DNA of 64,000 nt from an uncultured Erysipelotrichaceae bacterium (GTDB lineage: Bacteria; Bacillota_I; Bacilli_A; Erysipelotrichales; Erysipelotrichaceae). The stretch spans positions 1 to 64,000 of the forward strand of contig CAYJIZ010000006.1 of the NCBI GenBank assembly GCA_964370395.1, in the 5' to 3' direction. The notes under the pieces are model-generated. The model had not been told where the DNA came from and ran no database searches. It saw only the letters and a list, made by a program, of their open reading frames with translations. Position numbers and translations under genes: made by a program. Shown here in pieces: positions 48,205-57,783 of this stretch. How positions within the stretch are numbered: the stretch's first letter is position 1; each line of letters begins with the position of its first letter.

Positions 48205-49577
48205 TGAGACGTTTTAATCGATGGGTAAAACGATTGTCGCTTTCGCAACAGTTGTTTATGCTAATCTTTGCTTTTATTACGTTTTTCGCGTTTTTCTTCT
48301 TTATTTATATTTCTAACAATGTCTCTCGTTATACAGACAACCAAATGTTTTCTGTATTGCGTAGTTACCAAGACAATGTAGTTTATTTTTATAAAGATTA
48401 TACCCAAAACGGCGAAGCGTTGGTCCGTTCTGAAGCCAACGATAATTCCGACTACTTAACTTATTATTTTGAAGTAAAAGATAATGAGATTGTGAAAGAA
48501 ATCGGATTGGGTAGTGATCCTGTTGGGGAAAAAATGATGAATGAGATTCGTACGCAAGTTAGTTTTTATGCAAGTTTGGATGAAACATTGCGTAGTAAAA
48601 GTGGGATTGAAACAAAATACACAGGTAAAGGAAGTTCGTATACGTATTATTCCATTGTAGAGTTAAGCGATGGAACGATTATGGTTAACTTATTAAATAA
48701 TCGTTATCCACAACAATTTCGAGATGACTTATTAAATAGTGTAATCGATATTACGGTATTTGTAGTTGGGATATTCTTTATTATCTTAATGTTATGGGTA
48801 GGATATTTAATCCATCCATTGAACCAAATTCGTACGTATATAGAAAAGATTAAGTTAGGGAAAGAGGCAACCCTGCGTGTGAATCGAGAAGATGAAATTG
48901 GAGAACTTGCGCATGCGTTAGTAAATATGCGTGAAGAGCTACAACGACAAGAAAAAACAAAAGAAGAAATGATTCATAACATTTCGCATGATTTAAAAAC
49001 ACCAATCGCGACGATTAAGTCGTATGCGGAAAGTATTAAAGATGGAATTTATCCTTACGATACATTAGAAAAAAGCGTTGATGTGATTATCGACAATGCA
49101 GGTCGTTTGGAAAAGAAAGTACATAACTTATTGTTTATGAATCGCATTGAATATTTAGCGAGTCAGGAACAAGATGAAATTATGTGCGATATGAAAGGCA
49201 TTGTTGAGACAGTTGTCATGAACACGAAAGTGATTCGTCCTGAAATTGAAGTAGAAGCAAATTTAGAAACTTCTTACTTTAGAGGAGGGGAAGAATCTTG
49301 GCGTGTTGCCGTTGAGAATGTTCTTGAAAATGCATTGCGTTATGCCCAAACACAAATTGTTATCACGTTAGATGAAAAGCAATTGTGTATCTATAATGAT
49401 GGTCCACAATTTAAAGAGGATCAGATGTCTACTTTATTCAAACCATTTGAAAAAGGACAAGGTGGACAGTTTGGTTTAGGACTATCGATTGTTCAAAAAG
49501 TAGTGAGTACAAATAAGTATCGAGTGGAAGCAGAAAATGTGGAAACCGGTGGTGTTATTTTCAAAATAATGAAATAA
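48204..49577 (+). CDS. Sensor histidine kinase with extracytoplasmic loop and HAMP
   Basis: H-box ISHDLKTPIAT; GLGLSIV G-box. Confidence 0.8.
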   Translation: MRRFNRWVKRLSLSQQLFMLIFAFITFFAFFFFIYISNNVSRYTDNQMFSVLRSYQDNVVYFYKDYTQNGEALVRSEANDNSDYLTYYFEVKDNEIVKEIGLGSDPVGEKMMNEIRTQVSFYASLDETLRSKSGIETKYTGKGSSYTYYSIVELSDGTIMVNLLNNRYPQQFRDDLLNSVIDITVFVVGIFFIILMLWVGYLIHPLNQIRTYIEKIKLGKEATLRVNREDEIGELAHALVNMREELQRQEKTKEEMIHNISHDLKTPIATIKSYAESIKDGIYPYDTLEKSVDVIIDNAGRLEKKVHNLLFMNRIEYLASQEQDEIMCDMKGIVETVVMNTKVIRPEIEVEANLETSYFRGGEESWRVAVENVLENALRYAQTQIVITLDEKQLCIYNDGPQFKEDQMSTLFKPFEKGQGGQFGLGLSIVQKVVSTNKYRVEAENVETGGVIFKIMK

Positions 49578-49578
49578 A

Positions 49579-49611
49579 AAGAAAGACCTGGTTATATTCG
49601 GGTCTTTTTTG
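49579..49611 (+). terminator. Intrinsic terminator
   Basis: aagacctgg...cgggtctt + TTTTT. Confidence 0.7.
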
Positions 49612-49713
49612 ACGATATTTCATTTTTGTCTGTTTATATAACTTGTAAAAAATGTAAAATACGGATATAATGCAATTAGACAGATACAATTGAATATGAT
49701 AGGAGGAATAAAA

Positions 49714-50733
49714 ATGGAAACAAATGATAGCTGTTTTGATAGGCCACCATTACCTTTTATGCAAGCGAGCTTCGATTATATGAATTCGCAAGCATACATT
49801 GATTGTATTGATGAGGAAGAAATGCAAGCAGTTGCATGTTGTGAAAGACATTACTATCGAGCAGAGGGGGAAAAGTGTGTCGCATTGGCGAAAACACTAC
49901 TTGCCTCTAAATCGTATTCCATTCGTACTTCCGCTTCTTTGATGTTTATCTTTGGAAGCTTAGGAGCAGGGGATCCAAAAAGTGCGATGCAGTTGATGAT
50001 GAAAATACGACAGGAATACGAAATGAAAATTATGCAAGGCATACCACGTTCTGATCAAGAAAAGTTATATGCAGCATTTGTAAGTAATTTAACTTCCGTT
50101 TTATTGCATCTTACCGATATGCCTTTTATCGATATGGATGTAAAGAAACTGCCAGGTGGAATACGCTTGATTGCACTGTATGTAATTGCGCATCATCACT
50201 ATTTAAAGAAAGAGTATGGAAGAGTAGTTGGAATTGTTGAAACATCGTTATCGTTATCGACGACTAGATATCCAATCGGTGAGATTTATTTGCACTTGAT
50301 TGCGAGTGTTGCCTACATGAATATGGAAGATGACAAACACGCGCAAGAACATTTTTTTGCAGCATGGCAAATCGCAAAACCAGAAGGGTACATTGAACCT
50401 TTCGCAGAACACCATGGATTACTTCATGGGATGGTGGAAGTCCATTTACGGAAAACAGAACCAGAGGCGTATGAAAAAATCATACGACAGGTGTACATCT
50501 TCGCCGATGCATGGCGACAAGTACACAATCCAGAGACAGGAAATAGCATTGCAGACAATCTGACAACCTTAGAGTTTACGATTGCGATGCTAGCTAGTAG
50601 AGGATGGAGCAATAAGAAAATAGCAGCGCATGTTGGCGTTGCTCTTAGTACTGTCAAAACGCACATGTACACGGTTTATCAAAAGCTTGGAATTAAGAGC
50701 CGAAAAGAATTAGAACAGTATATGTTGAAGTAA
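49714..50733 (+). CDS. LuxR-family transcriptional regulator with large N-terminal helical (TPR/MalT-like) domain, no receiver domain
   Basis: C-terminal LTTLEFTIAMLASRGWSNKKIAAHVGVALSTVKTHMYTVYQKLGI HTH_LuxR. RBS GGAGG before ATG 49714. Confidence 0.75.
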   Translation: METNDSCFDRPPLPFMQASFDYMNSQAYIDCIDEEEMQAVACCERHYYRAEGEKCVALAKTLLASKSYSIRTSASLMFIFGSLGAGDPKSAMQLMMKIRQEYEMKIMQGIPRSDQEKLYAAFVSNLTSVLLHLTDMPFIDMDVKKLPGGIRLIALYVIAHHHYLKKEYGRVVGIVETSLSLSTTRYPIGEIYLHLIASVAYMNMEDDKHAQEHFFAAWQIAKPEGYIEPFAEHHGLLHGMVEVHLRKTEPEAYEKIIRQVYIFADAWRQVHNPETGNSIADNLTTLEFTIAMLASRGWSNKKIAAHVGVALSTVKTHMYTVYQKLGIKSRKELEQYMLK

Positions 50734-50745
50734 AAAAGAAAGAAA

Positions 50746-50786
50746 AAGATGCTTGAAAAGCCCTTAACAAGCGTCTTTTTTTAATG
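50746..50786 (+). terminator. Intrinsic terminator
   Basis: aagatgcttg...caagcgtctt + TTTTTTT. Confidence 0.65.
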
Positions 50787-50892
50787 TCTCATACTTTTTG
50801 AGTGTGAAAAGTAGGATGTATGTTTTGTAAGCGCATGCTACAATTTTCGTACAGAGAAATAGTATCGCTTTACACCTAGGGAGGACAATGAA

Positions 50893-53800
50893 ATGAAGCA
50901 GAGAATGATAAATTGTCTGATAGTGTTAGGCCTGATTATTACGATGGTTCCTATGGGCACCAATCCAATCATGGCTAAGGATTATACACTATACGGAGAC
51001 GCAGACAATAATAATCAGATTAACATACAGGATGTTAACTTGATGGAGCGCTATTTAAATGGCGAGCAAGAAGCAATCAAAAAGATTGATTTAGAAAAAG
51101 CAGATATTGATGTAGATGGAAAAGTAAATCAAAAAGATGTGCAACTTTTAAAAGATTACTTAGTAGGTAATGTGGAAAGTTTAACACCAGATGTCTTTAC
51201 CATCACATTTGATACAGCAGGTGGTAGTGCTATTAAACCGATGAAAGTCGGAAAAGGGTACACACTAATTAAAGAAATACCACGACCAGCAAAAGAGGGA
51301 TATCTATTTGTTGAGTGGAAAAAAGAAGATGGTAAAACATTTTACCAAGAAGATGCTATTGTCTCAAATATGACATTAACAGCAGTATACCAAAATGCTG
51401 GAATCAATGAACAAGTGCATATTGATACATTTACTTTAGATGATCAAGAATCATCGTTATCGTTTAAGATTAAAAGTACATTACCAAATGCAAAAGAAGT
51501 ACTATCGAGAATAAGAGTATTCCCAAAAGATGGATCAGATCCAGTGGAAATCGTTGTTACTGAAATTGGTAACAACCTTTATGATGTAAAGGCAAAAGAC
51601 GGATTTTTACCAGGGGCTTCCTATGAATTGATTCTAAGTGATGAAATGACTTTTGAAGGAAAAGAAAAGGAAATTCGAAAAGCGACTTTTATTATCAAGA
51701 AAACAGAAGTCGATAACTTGCAATATAACAGCGATGTCGTTTTTATTAAAGATGACCAAGAGATGAAATATACAATAAATAATCAAACAGTAGATGTTTT
51801 AGATTCGTATTTATTAAGTAATGATAGCGGTACACAGAAAGTTACAGGGACTTTCCCAATGTCGCAAGCGAAACTAGAAATAAATGATATTGTTTGTATT
51901 TATGAAGATGTCGATCCTCGTAAACGTGATTATACAAAAGATGACTATAACGATGATGCGATTGCTTATGTTAAGATTACAAACGTAGAGGACAAATTGT
52001 ATACTTTTGCTAGTCTAAATGAAGATGAAGCGCAAGAAGTATTATTAATGCCTGATACCATTCCTTATAAAGTAAATAAGTTACCAACTAAGGAGACGGG
52101 AACGGTTTTAAAAAATAGCTATGATTCTGGTGCGAGAAGTGCGTTAGGATATGACAAAGCCCCAGAATTTAATGATGGCGATATCCTAGTCTTTTATACT
52201 GTAGATTTTGAAGATGCGAAGAAAGATACGCCTAGTGTGTATGCGCAAATTACAAAAACAACAGAAGATGAAGTAAGCTATAAAGTAGTAACAAGAGCAT
52301 ACATTGAAAAATTAATGCAGATGTATGTGAGTTCTGAGTTAGAAATGAACAAAGTTCTTACTGCTGAACAAGAAAAACAGATTTTGGATGATGTGAAGAA
52401 ACAAGCACAAAATGGTGGTTTTGTGGATGAAGCAACCAATTATATGTTTCAATCAGCAATGTCTTCTGAAACAACACAAAAAGAGTTATTAGCAAATGGC
52501 TTCAGCCAAGAAGAAATCAATGCCATTGCGAACGCACCAACGCCTGCAGCGGCAGCAGCAGCGGCTGGTGGAAGTCAGCGCTATGAGTTTGTTGTGGAAC
52601 AGACAACGATAAGTCCAAGAATTACGTATGATCAGCATTTCGAAAATGGGATAGGAGTAGGTTTACAATTTAGAGCCATCTTATCAATTGAAAAACAAAT
52701 TAGTCCAACTCGTAAAGATTCTATCAAAATCGATTTGAGTGCTGAGTTCTTTCAAGAAATAAAAGTTGATTTTGATGTGGATGTTGATCTGGATGTGGAG
52801 TGGATCGTTATTTATCCAGACTTCAAAGAATTAACTTGTAAAGCTTCCTTTAGTATTTTGAATTATACGACCGTATCGGTAGGAGCGAAAATATATACAG
52901 TTAGCGACGACTTGCAAAAATTTTGGAATGAATTATATAAAACATTCTCTGATTTGGCATTGCAAAAAGAAATTCGCCCTTTAAATCGTTTAAAAGTATT
53001 GGCAGAATATGCTGCCAATGGTAACCCAGTCACTTCGGACTACATGGGTGAAATCGATAAGATTAAAAATTCTTTACCAAGAATATCAGTAGATGGAAAA
53101 GACTACACACTTGATGCGTTGGAAGAAAAACTAGGCATGAAAGATGTAGGTAGTGAATTTAAAGAAGTATTAGGTGCGGATCAGCCAAGTGATAGTATCA
53201 TTGGTTTGGATCAATTAATGAATAAATACTCTACGATGCTTAGTAATGAAAGCGACTGGATCGAAGTATTAAATCAATCAATACTAAATGTAAAAGTCAG
53301 AGTTAAAATTGTAGAGATGAAAATTAGTGCGAATTTATTTATTCGTGCAAATGTGAATGTTGCCATTGGGGCAGATTTAGAATACAAAACAGGAAAACGA
53401 TATACTTTCTGGTTGAAGCTTAGTGCACAACAATCAGGAAGTAATGAGATGGATTTAATCGATGAACGTTTGGGTTTCCAATTTTATGTAATGGGGTCCA
53501 TCGGGATAAAAGCAGGAGTAAAAGTAGAATTCGCAATAGGATTGTTAAGTACAAGCATTGCGAGTGTAGGAGCCAATGTTGAATTTGGTCCTTATCTTAA
53601 GTTAAATGGTTACTTCTTCTATATTAATACCCGATATCGAGAGGCCAACCAAGACGATTGGAAAGTAGACGAAAAAATGCTTGGAGCGATGAATGTTGAC
53701 TTCGGTTTATTTGTAACCGTAAAATTCAAAGCGCAAGCCTTCGAGAACACAATCAAATATGAACCGACATTGTACAGTGGGGAATTTCCGTTAGTCACCG

Positions 53801-56766
53801 CTGGTAATCGTAAAAATCCTTATGATTTTGCGAACCATATGAAAAAATCAGATGTACTCTACATCATCGATAGCGATGGGAATAGTACAAATGGTATCAC
53901 GATGAATGTACCAGAAGCCCAACGTACAATGAAAGTAATGGATTTGGTAACAGGATTACGTACGCAAGAAGCATTTAATATTAAAAACTTTAATGTACGC
54001 TTTACCAACAGTAACTTTAGTTTAGATAAGCAAGGTAGGATCGCAGTAGATGTTCCAAAAGGAACCCGATTCATGAAGGGTGATATGATTATTACTTGGA
54101 ATGTGGGTAAATTGGCATTTAGTAAATATGATATTGCGACAACCGTGCCTGTTGTATGGACCAACCTAACTACCAGTGAGATGAACAATCAATCATTGGC
54201 AAAAGTAATGGTAGGTAACATGCAAGATGGTTACGAAACTGTATGGAGTGATCAATTTACTCGTCTTCAAACATTCGATTTACCTAGCGAAAACGATATC
54301 CTAAACATGATTAACTACGATTCTTATAACTTAAATGGAGTGAATTTAAAGTATAGTGCAATCAAAGGTTATGCAGTAGAAGAAACAGAAGGACTACAAA
54401 TTATTTCCGATACTACTTACTACTTTGATGTCACACCTGCACAATACTCTGTTACAGTGGAAGGCGTAGTGAATGAGGATGGAACAAAAGAGCCACGCAC
54501 GTTTAGTGCAAACTATGGAGATCATTTTGATTTGAGCTCATTAACGAGAACAGGTGCGAATAACACCGTAACGAACCAATATTCTTCTTTCCAAAATATT
54601 ACACACCAAAATGGAAATGAAGAATTTGCATTAGATACAAAAGTCGATATGAGTTTCTTAACAAAATACGGTAACTCTCCAATTTTAAAGGCAAATTACT
54701 TAAATGAAGAAAGAATCGCAACGTTTACGTTTAGCGGTATTTCTGCACCAGAAGTAAAAGTTCCATTCAAAAAAGGAGATCGTCCTTACTTTGCGAATCT
54801 AAACGCTTATGTAGAACAACATGGTGGACCAGGAAGTATCGTAGTAGCAATTTCGCCTACGATTCAACCTAGTGAAAGCTCTGTTACTTATAACGTGACA
54901 TGTGCTATTGATAAAGCCAATACGCCAAAGCACAAACTATTGTTTGAAAGCAATGGAGGAACCAAAATTGAAGCGCAAGAATATCGCGAAAATTCAATTA
55001 TTTTCCAACCACCTGCAAAACCGAAGAAAACAGGATATGATTTTATCGGTTGGTATAAAGATGAAAAATTAACTAGCTTATTTGATTTTGCGAAAGAACG
55101 TATGCCTGAAACAGACATAACACTGTACGCAAAATGGGAAGCAAGAAAATACACAGTAAGTTTAAACAGTGATAGCAAAGTGATTCATTCCTTTGAGATT
55201 GCATATGATCAAGCGTTTGGTTCACTATTATCGCCACCAGCGAAAGCAGAAATGAAGTTTGTTGGATGGTTTACACAAAAGGATGGTGGAACGAAAATAG
55301 AAGTGAACGACGTGTATAAAACAGATGGTGACGTAACACTGTATGCACGTTGGGAAAACAAAGAAAAAATCAATTTAACTGCAGATGACATTAAATACAC
55401 GCCAATTAAGGTTGACTATAAAGAAGGGGTAAGTCATTCCTTTGCGTTCACTCTTCCTGAACCTTATAAGGGAATGGAGTCAAGTTTTAAAGTTGCCTAC
55501 AACAAACAGACAACAGATAGCTGGATCAGTGGCCCTCTTCCAAATGCAGGAACATACAATGTTAAGTTATCTAGAGATGCTGATGAGAATTATTTAGCAG
55601 TGAGTGAAATTTTCTTAGAAGCACCAATTATTGTGAATAAAATTCCTATGGTCGTGAGACCTTCAGGTGCTGGAAATCAATACCTTTCAGAAGCGAAGAT
55701 CACAATTGAAGATCCTAAGGTAACGGTTAGCTTTGATCCAAAAGCCCTTTATCCATACAAAGGGGATGGAGCAATCTCGTATGAGCTTCAAAAGACGATT
55801 GATGGTGTAAATAAGGTCGTTGATAAAAATACAACAGGTGTATTCTACATTTATGATAAAGACATATATGTAGCTATTATACGAATCGCAGAAGGAACTA
55901 ATTACTTAGCTAACCAAACGAGAGCACAAGGATTTGATATTGACAATGGTACAGTTGGAACAGTATTCAACAACGATCCTTTATTAAATTATAAAGGAAT
56001 ACTAGGTGAGAGAAGACAGATGAGTGGATTAAGCAAAAATAAAGCTACCACTTTACAACAAGAAGAAATATCACTATCACAACTTAGTAAACGAAACATT
56101 ATTATTGCGGCAGCTAATATAAGTGCGAAAAAGACACAAACAGTCAACATTCCAATTACATTGGAAAGTGGACAATCTATTTGGGGTATTTTGGCAAACG
56201 TTGATTACGATGAAAGAGCATTTGATTTATTAAGTGTTTCGATTGGTGATATGTTTGGTAAGAATATGTTTACCCTTCAAAAAGATTTGAAGAAGTCTGA
56301 TTTCACTTTCTTGGCAACCAACGATAAGATGAGTAACATTACTGGTGGAAATGGCTTAATCACTTTCACATTCAAAGTGAAAAACGATGCCAAAGCACAA
56401 AGATATCCGATTGTGATCGATGAACTTCAAGTTGTTGATGCGAAAGGAAATCTTCAAGCCATCACGATTAAAGATGGTTCAATCAGTATCGCTAGTGATG
56501 CGAAAGCTACGATTAAAAATGAAACGACGCCATCACAAAAAACAATTGTGATTGATGATACGAAAAAAGCGGAACCAAAAGTAGACAAAAAGAAAACAGA
56601 GGATAAGAAAAAAACGACTCTGAAAAATGAAAAAGTAAGTCAAAACAAAGAACCGCTAAGTGAAAATAAAGACCAAGACAATACGTTGATGTATGTAATT
56701 ATGGCTACCCTTGTGGCAGCAGCGATTGCTGGTTTGTTGATTAGCAAACGTAAAAAAGTAAAATAG
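50893..56766 (+). CDS. Giant (1957 aa) surface protein: signal peptide, N-terminal type-I dockerin, Listeria-Bacteroides (Flg_new) repeats, large beta-rich central region, C-terminal cohesin-like domain, Lys-rich linker and C-terminal TM anchor
   Basis: Dockerin GDADNNNQINIQDVNLMERYL...ADIDVDGKVNQKDVQLLKDYL. Flg_new repeats (...GYDFIGWYKDEKLTSLFDF...DITLYAKWE; ...FVGWFTQKDGG...VTLYARWE). Cohesin-like NIIIAAANISAKKTQTVNIPITLESG...GLITFTFKVKNDAKAQRYPIVIDELQVVDAKGNLQAITIKDGSISI. C-terminus ...NTLMYVIMATLVAAAIAGLLISKRKKVK. Confidence 0.8.
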   Translation: MKQRMINCLIVLGLIITMVPMGTNPIMAKDYTLYGDADNNNQINIQDVNLMERYLNGEQEAIKKIDLEKADIDVDGKVNQKDVQLLKDYLVGNVESLTPDVFTITFDTAGGSAIKPMKVGKGYTLIKEIPRPAKEGYLFVEWKKEDGKTFYQEDAIVSNMTLTAVYQNAGINEQVHIDTFTLDDQESSLSFKIKSTLPNAKEVLSRIRVFPKDGSDPVEIVVTEIGNNLYDVKAKDGFLPGASYELILSDEMTFEGKEKEIRKATFIIKKTEVDNLQYNSDVVFIKDDQEMKYTINNQTVDVLDSYLLSNDSGTQKVTGTFPMSQAKLEINDIVCIYEDVDPRKRDYTKDDYNDDAIAYVKITNVEDKLYTFASLNEDEAQEVLLMPDTIPYKVNKLPTKETGTVLKNSYDSGARSALGYDKAPEFNDGDILVFYTVDFEDAKKDTPSVYAQITKTTEDEVSYKVVTRAYIEKLMQMYVSSELEMNKVLTAEQEKQILDDVKKQAQNGGFVDEATNYMFQSAMSSETTQKELLANGFSQEEINAIANAPTPAAAAAAAGGSQRYEFVVEQTTISPRITYDQHFENGIGVGLQFRAILSIEKQISPTRKDSIKIDLSAEFFQEIKVDFDVDVDLDVEWIVIYPDFKELTCKASFSILNYTTVSVGAKIYTVSDDLQKFWNELYKTFSDLALQKEIRPLNRLKVLAEYAANGNPVTSDYMGEIDKIKNSLPRISVDGKDYTLDALEEKLGMKDVGSEFKEVLGADQPSDSIIGLDQLMNKYSTMLSNESDWIEVLNQSILNVKVRVKIVEMKISANLFIRANVNVAIGADLEYKTGKRYTFWLKLSAQQSGSNEMDLIDERLGFQFYVMGSIGIKAGVKVEFAIGLLSTSIASVGANVEFGPYLKLNGYFFYINTRYREANQDDWKVDEKMLGAMNVDFGLFVTVKFKAQAFENTIKYEPTLYSGEFPLVTAGNRKNPYDFANHMKKSDVLYIIDSDGNSTNGITMNVPEAQRTMKVMDLVTGLRTQEAFNIKNFNVRFTNSNFSLDKQGRIAVDVPKGTRFMKGDMIITWNVGKLAFSKYDIATTVPVVWTNLTTSEMNNQSLAKVMVGNMQDGYETVWSDQFTRLQTFDLPSENDILNMINYDSYNLNGVNLKYSAIKGYAVEETEGLQIISDTTYYFDVTPAQYSVTVEGVVNEDGTKEPRTFSANYGDHFDLSSLTRTGANNTVTNQYSSFQNITHQNGNEEFALDTKVDMSFLTKYGNSPILKANYLNEERIATFTFSGISAPEVKVPFKKGDRPYFANLNAYVEQHGGPGSIVVAISPTIQPSESSVTYNVTCAIDKANTPKHKLLFESNGGTKIEAQEYRENSIIFQPPAKPKKTGYDFIGWYKDEKLTSLFDFAKERMPETDITLYAKWEARKYTVSLNSDSKVIHSFEIAYDQAFGSLLSPPAKAEMKFVGWFTQKDGGTKIEVNDVYKTDGDVTLYARWENKEKINLTADDIKYTPIKVDYKEGVSHSFAFTLPEPYKGMESSFKVAYNKQTTDSWISGPLPNAGTYNVKLSRDADENYLAVSEIFLEAPIIVNKIPMVVRPSGAGNQYLSEAKITIEDPKVTVSFDPKALYPYKGDGAISYELQKTIDGVNKVVDKNTTGVFYIYDKDIYVAIIRIAEGTNYLANQTRAQGFDIDNGTVGTVFNNDPLLNYKGILGERRQMSGLSKNKATTLQQEEISLSQLSKRNIIIAAANISAKKTQTVNIPITLESGQSIWGILANVDYDERAFDLLSVSIGDMFGKNMFTLQKDLKKSDFTFLATNDKMSNITGGNGLITFTFKVKNDAKAQRYPIVIDELQVVDAKGNLQAITIKDGSISIASDAKATIKNETTPSQKTIVIDDTKKAEPKVDKKKTEDKKKTTLKNEKVSQNKEPLSENKDQDNTLMYVIMATLVAAAIAGLLISKRKKVK

Positions 56767-56797
56767 GTGCTATTTTCGAAAAGAAAAGAAGTGAAAG

Positions 56798-56833
56798 TAA
56801 GGTTATCCACTAAATGATGGATAACCTTTTTTT
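56798..56833 (+). terminator. Intrinsic terminator
   Basis: ggttatcca...tggataacc hairpin + TTTTTTT. Confidence 0.75.
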
Positions 56834-56878
56834 GTGCGTAAAAAGAATACTTTATCTAAATAGTGTTATAATAAAATT

Positions 56879-57421
56879 ATGATGAACCAACAAGAAATAA
56901 GACAACAATTTAATGATGACGACTTCGTTGTGATTAAAGAAGCGATGAAAAATGAAAAGACAAAACAAAACAATCGACAGCAAATTCCTGTTTCTTTTTT
57001 TACATTATTTGCAGCGATGGGTTTTATTTCGTATTTAAATGGCGACATGTTCTCCATGTTACTTTTTATTTTAGGTTGCATCGTTTGTATGGTAGGTATT
57101 TATTATGTGAATTATTATGATCAAAAAGGAATTGCAATGTATCGTTTTATCTTTGCACGTTGCTTGTTTCCTAGAATATTATTTCATGATAAAGAAATGC
57201 ATTGTATCGATCAAAATGAAAATATAATTAACATTCCATACAATAATGTCACAACCGTTTTTGAATTACAGTCGATGCTTATTTTGAAATGCGACCACAA
57301 GGAAGTTCCTTATGTGTTCATCTTAAAAAGAAATTTGGCTAACTGCATTTATGATTACTTGCACAATATCTTGCAAAATCGTTGGAAACATGTAGAGAAC
57401 AAGCCATTTCGTTTAGCTTAA
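56879..57421 (+). CDS. YcxB-like small membrane protein (hypothetical)
   Basis: 180 aa; two central TM helices; resembles YcxB/PH-like family. Low-confidence family call. Confidence 0.4.
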   Translation: MMNQQEIRQQFNDDDFVVIKEAMKNEKTKQNNRQQIPVSFFTLFAAMGFISYLNGDMFSMLLFILGCIVCMVGIYYVNYYDQKGIAMYRFIFARCLFPRILFHDKEMHCIDQNENIINIPYNNVTTVFELQSMLILKCDHKEVPYVFILKRNLANCIYDYLHNILQNRWKHVENKPFRLA

Positions 57422-57449
57422 ACATATACTAAGAAAAGAGGTAATTACG

Positions 57450-57701
57450 ATGCTAGAATTTAGATATGATACACAATTATTAATTGAAGGAGACAACTTA
57501 AACGAAGATAAAATTAGTGAATACTTCACGAATCATCTAGAAGGTGATTGTTTGTTAGCGGTAGGAGATGAAAATCTAATTAAGATTCATTTCCATACGA
57601 ATGCACCATGGGAAGTGTTAGAATACTGTTCTTCACTTGGTGAAATATTCGATGTTGTCGTAGAAGATATGGACCGTCAATCACGTGGATTGGTTGGCTA
57701 A
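57450..57701 (+). CDS. 83-aa ORF homologous to an internal segment of DAK2-domain fusion protein YloV (orphan fragment / possible gene remnant)
   Basis: GDCLLAVGDENLIKIHFHTNAPWEVLEYCSSLGEIFDVVVEDM aligns with the conserved YloV segment [43 protein letters not shown]. Has its own RBS AAGAGG. Confidence 0.45.
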   Translation: MLEFRYDTQLLIEGDNLNEDKISEYFTNHLEGDCLLAVGDENLIKIHFHTNAPWEVLEYCSSLGEIFDVVVEDMDRQSRGLVG

Positions 57702-57783
57702 CCATACTTTCCCTACAAAATGTAAGCGCTTTATAGTATAATAAAAATATACAATGGCAAAGTTGATTGGGGGACTCATTATG

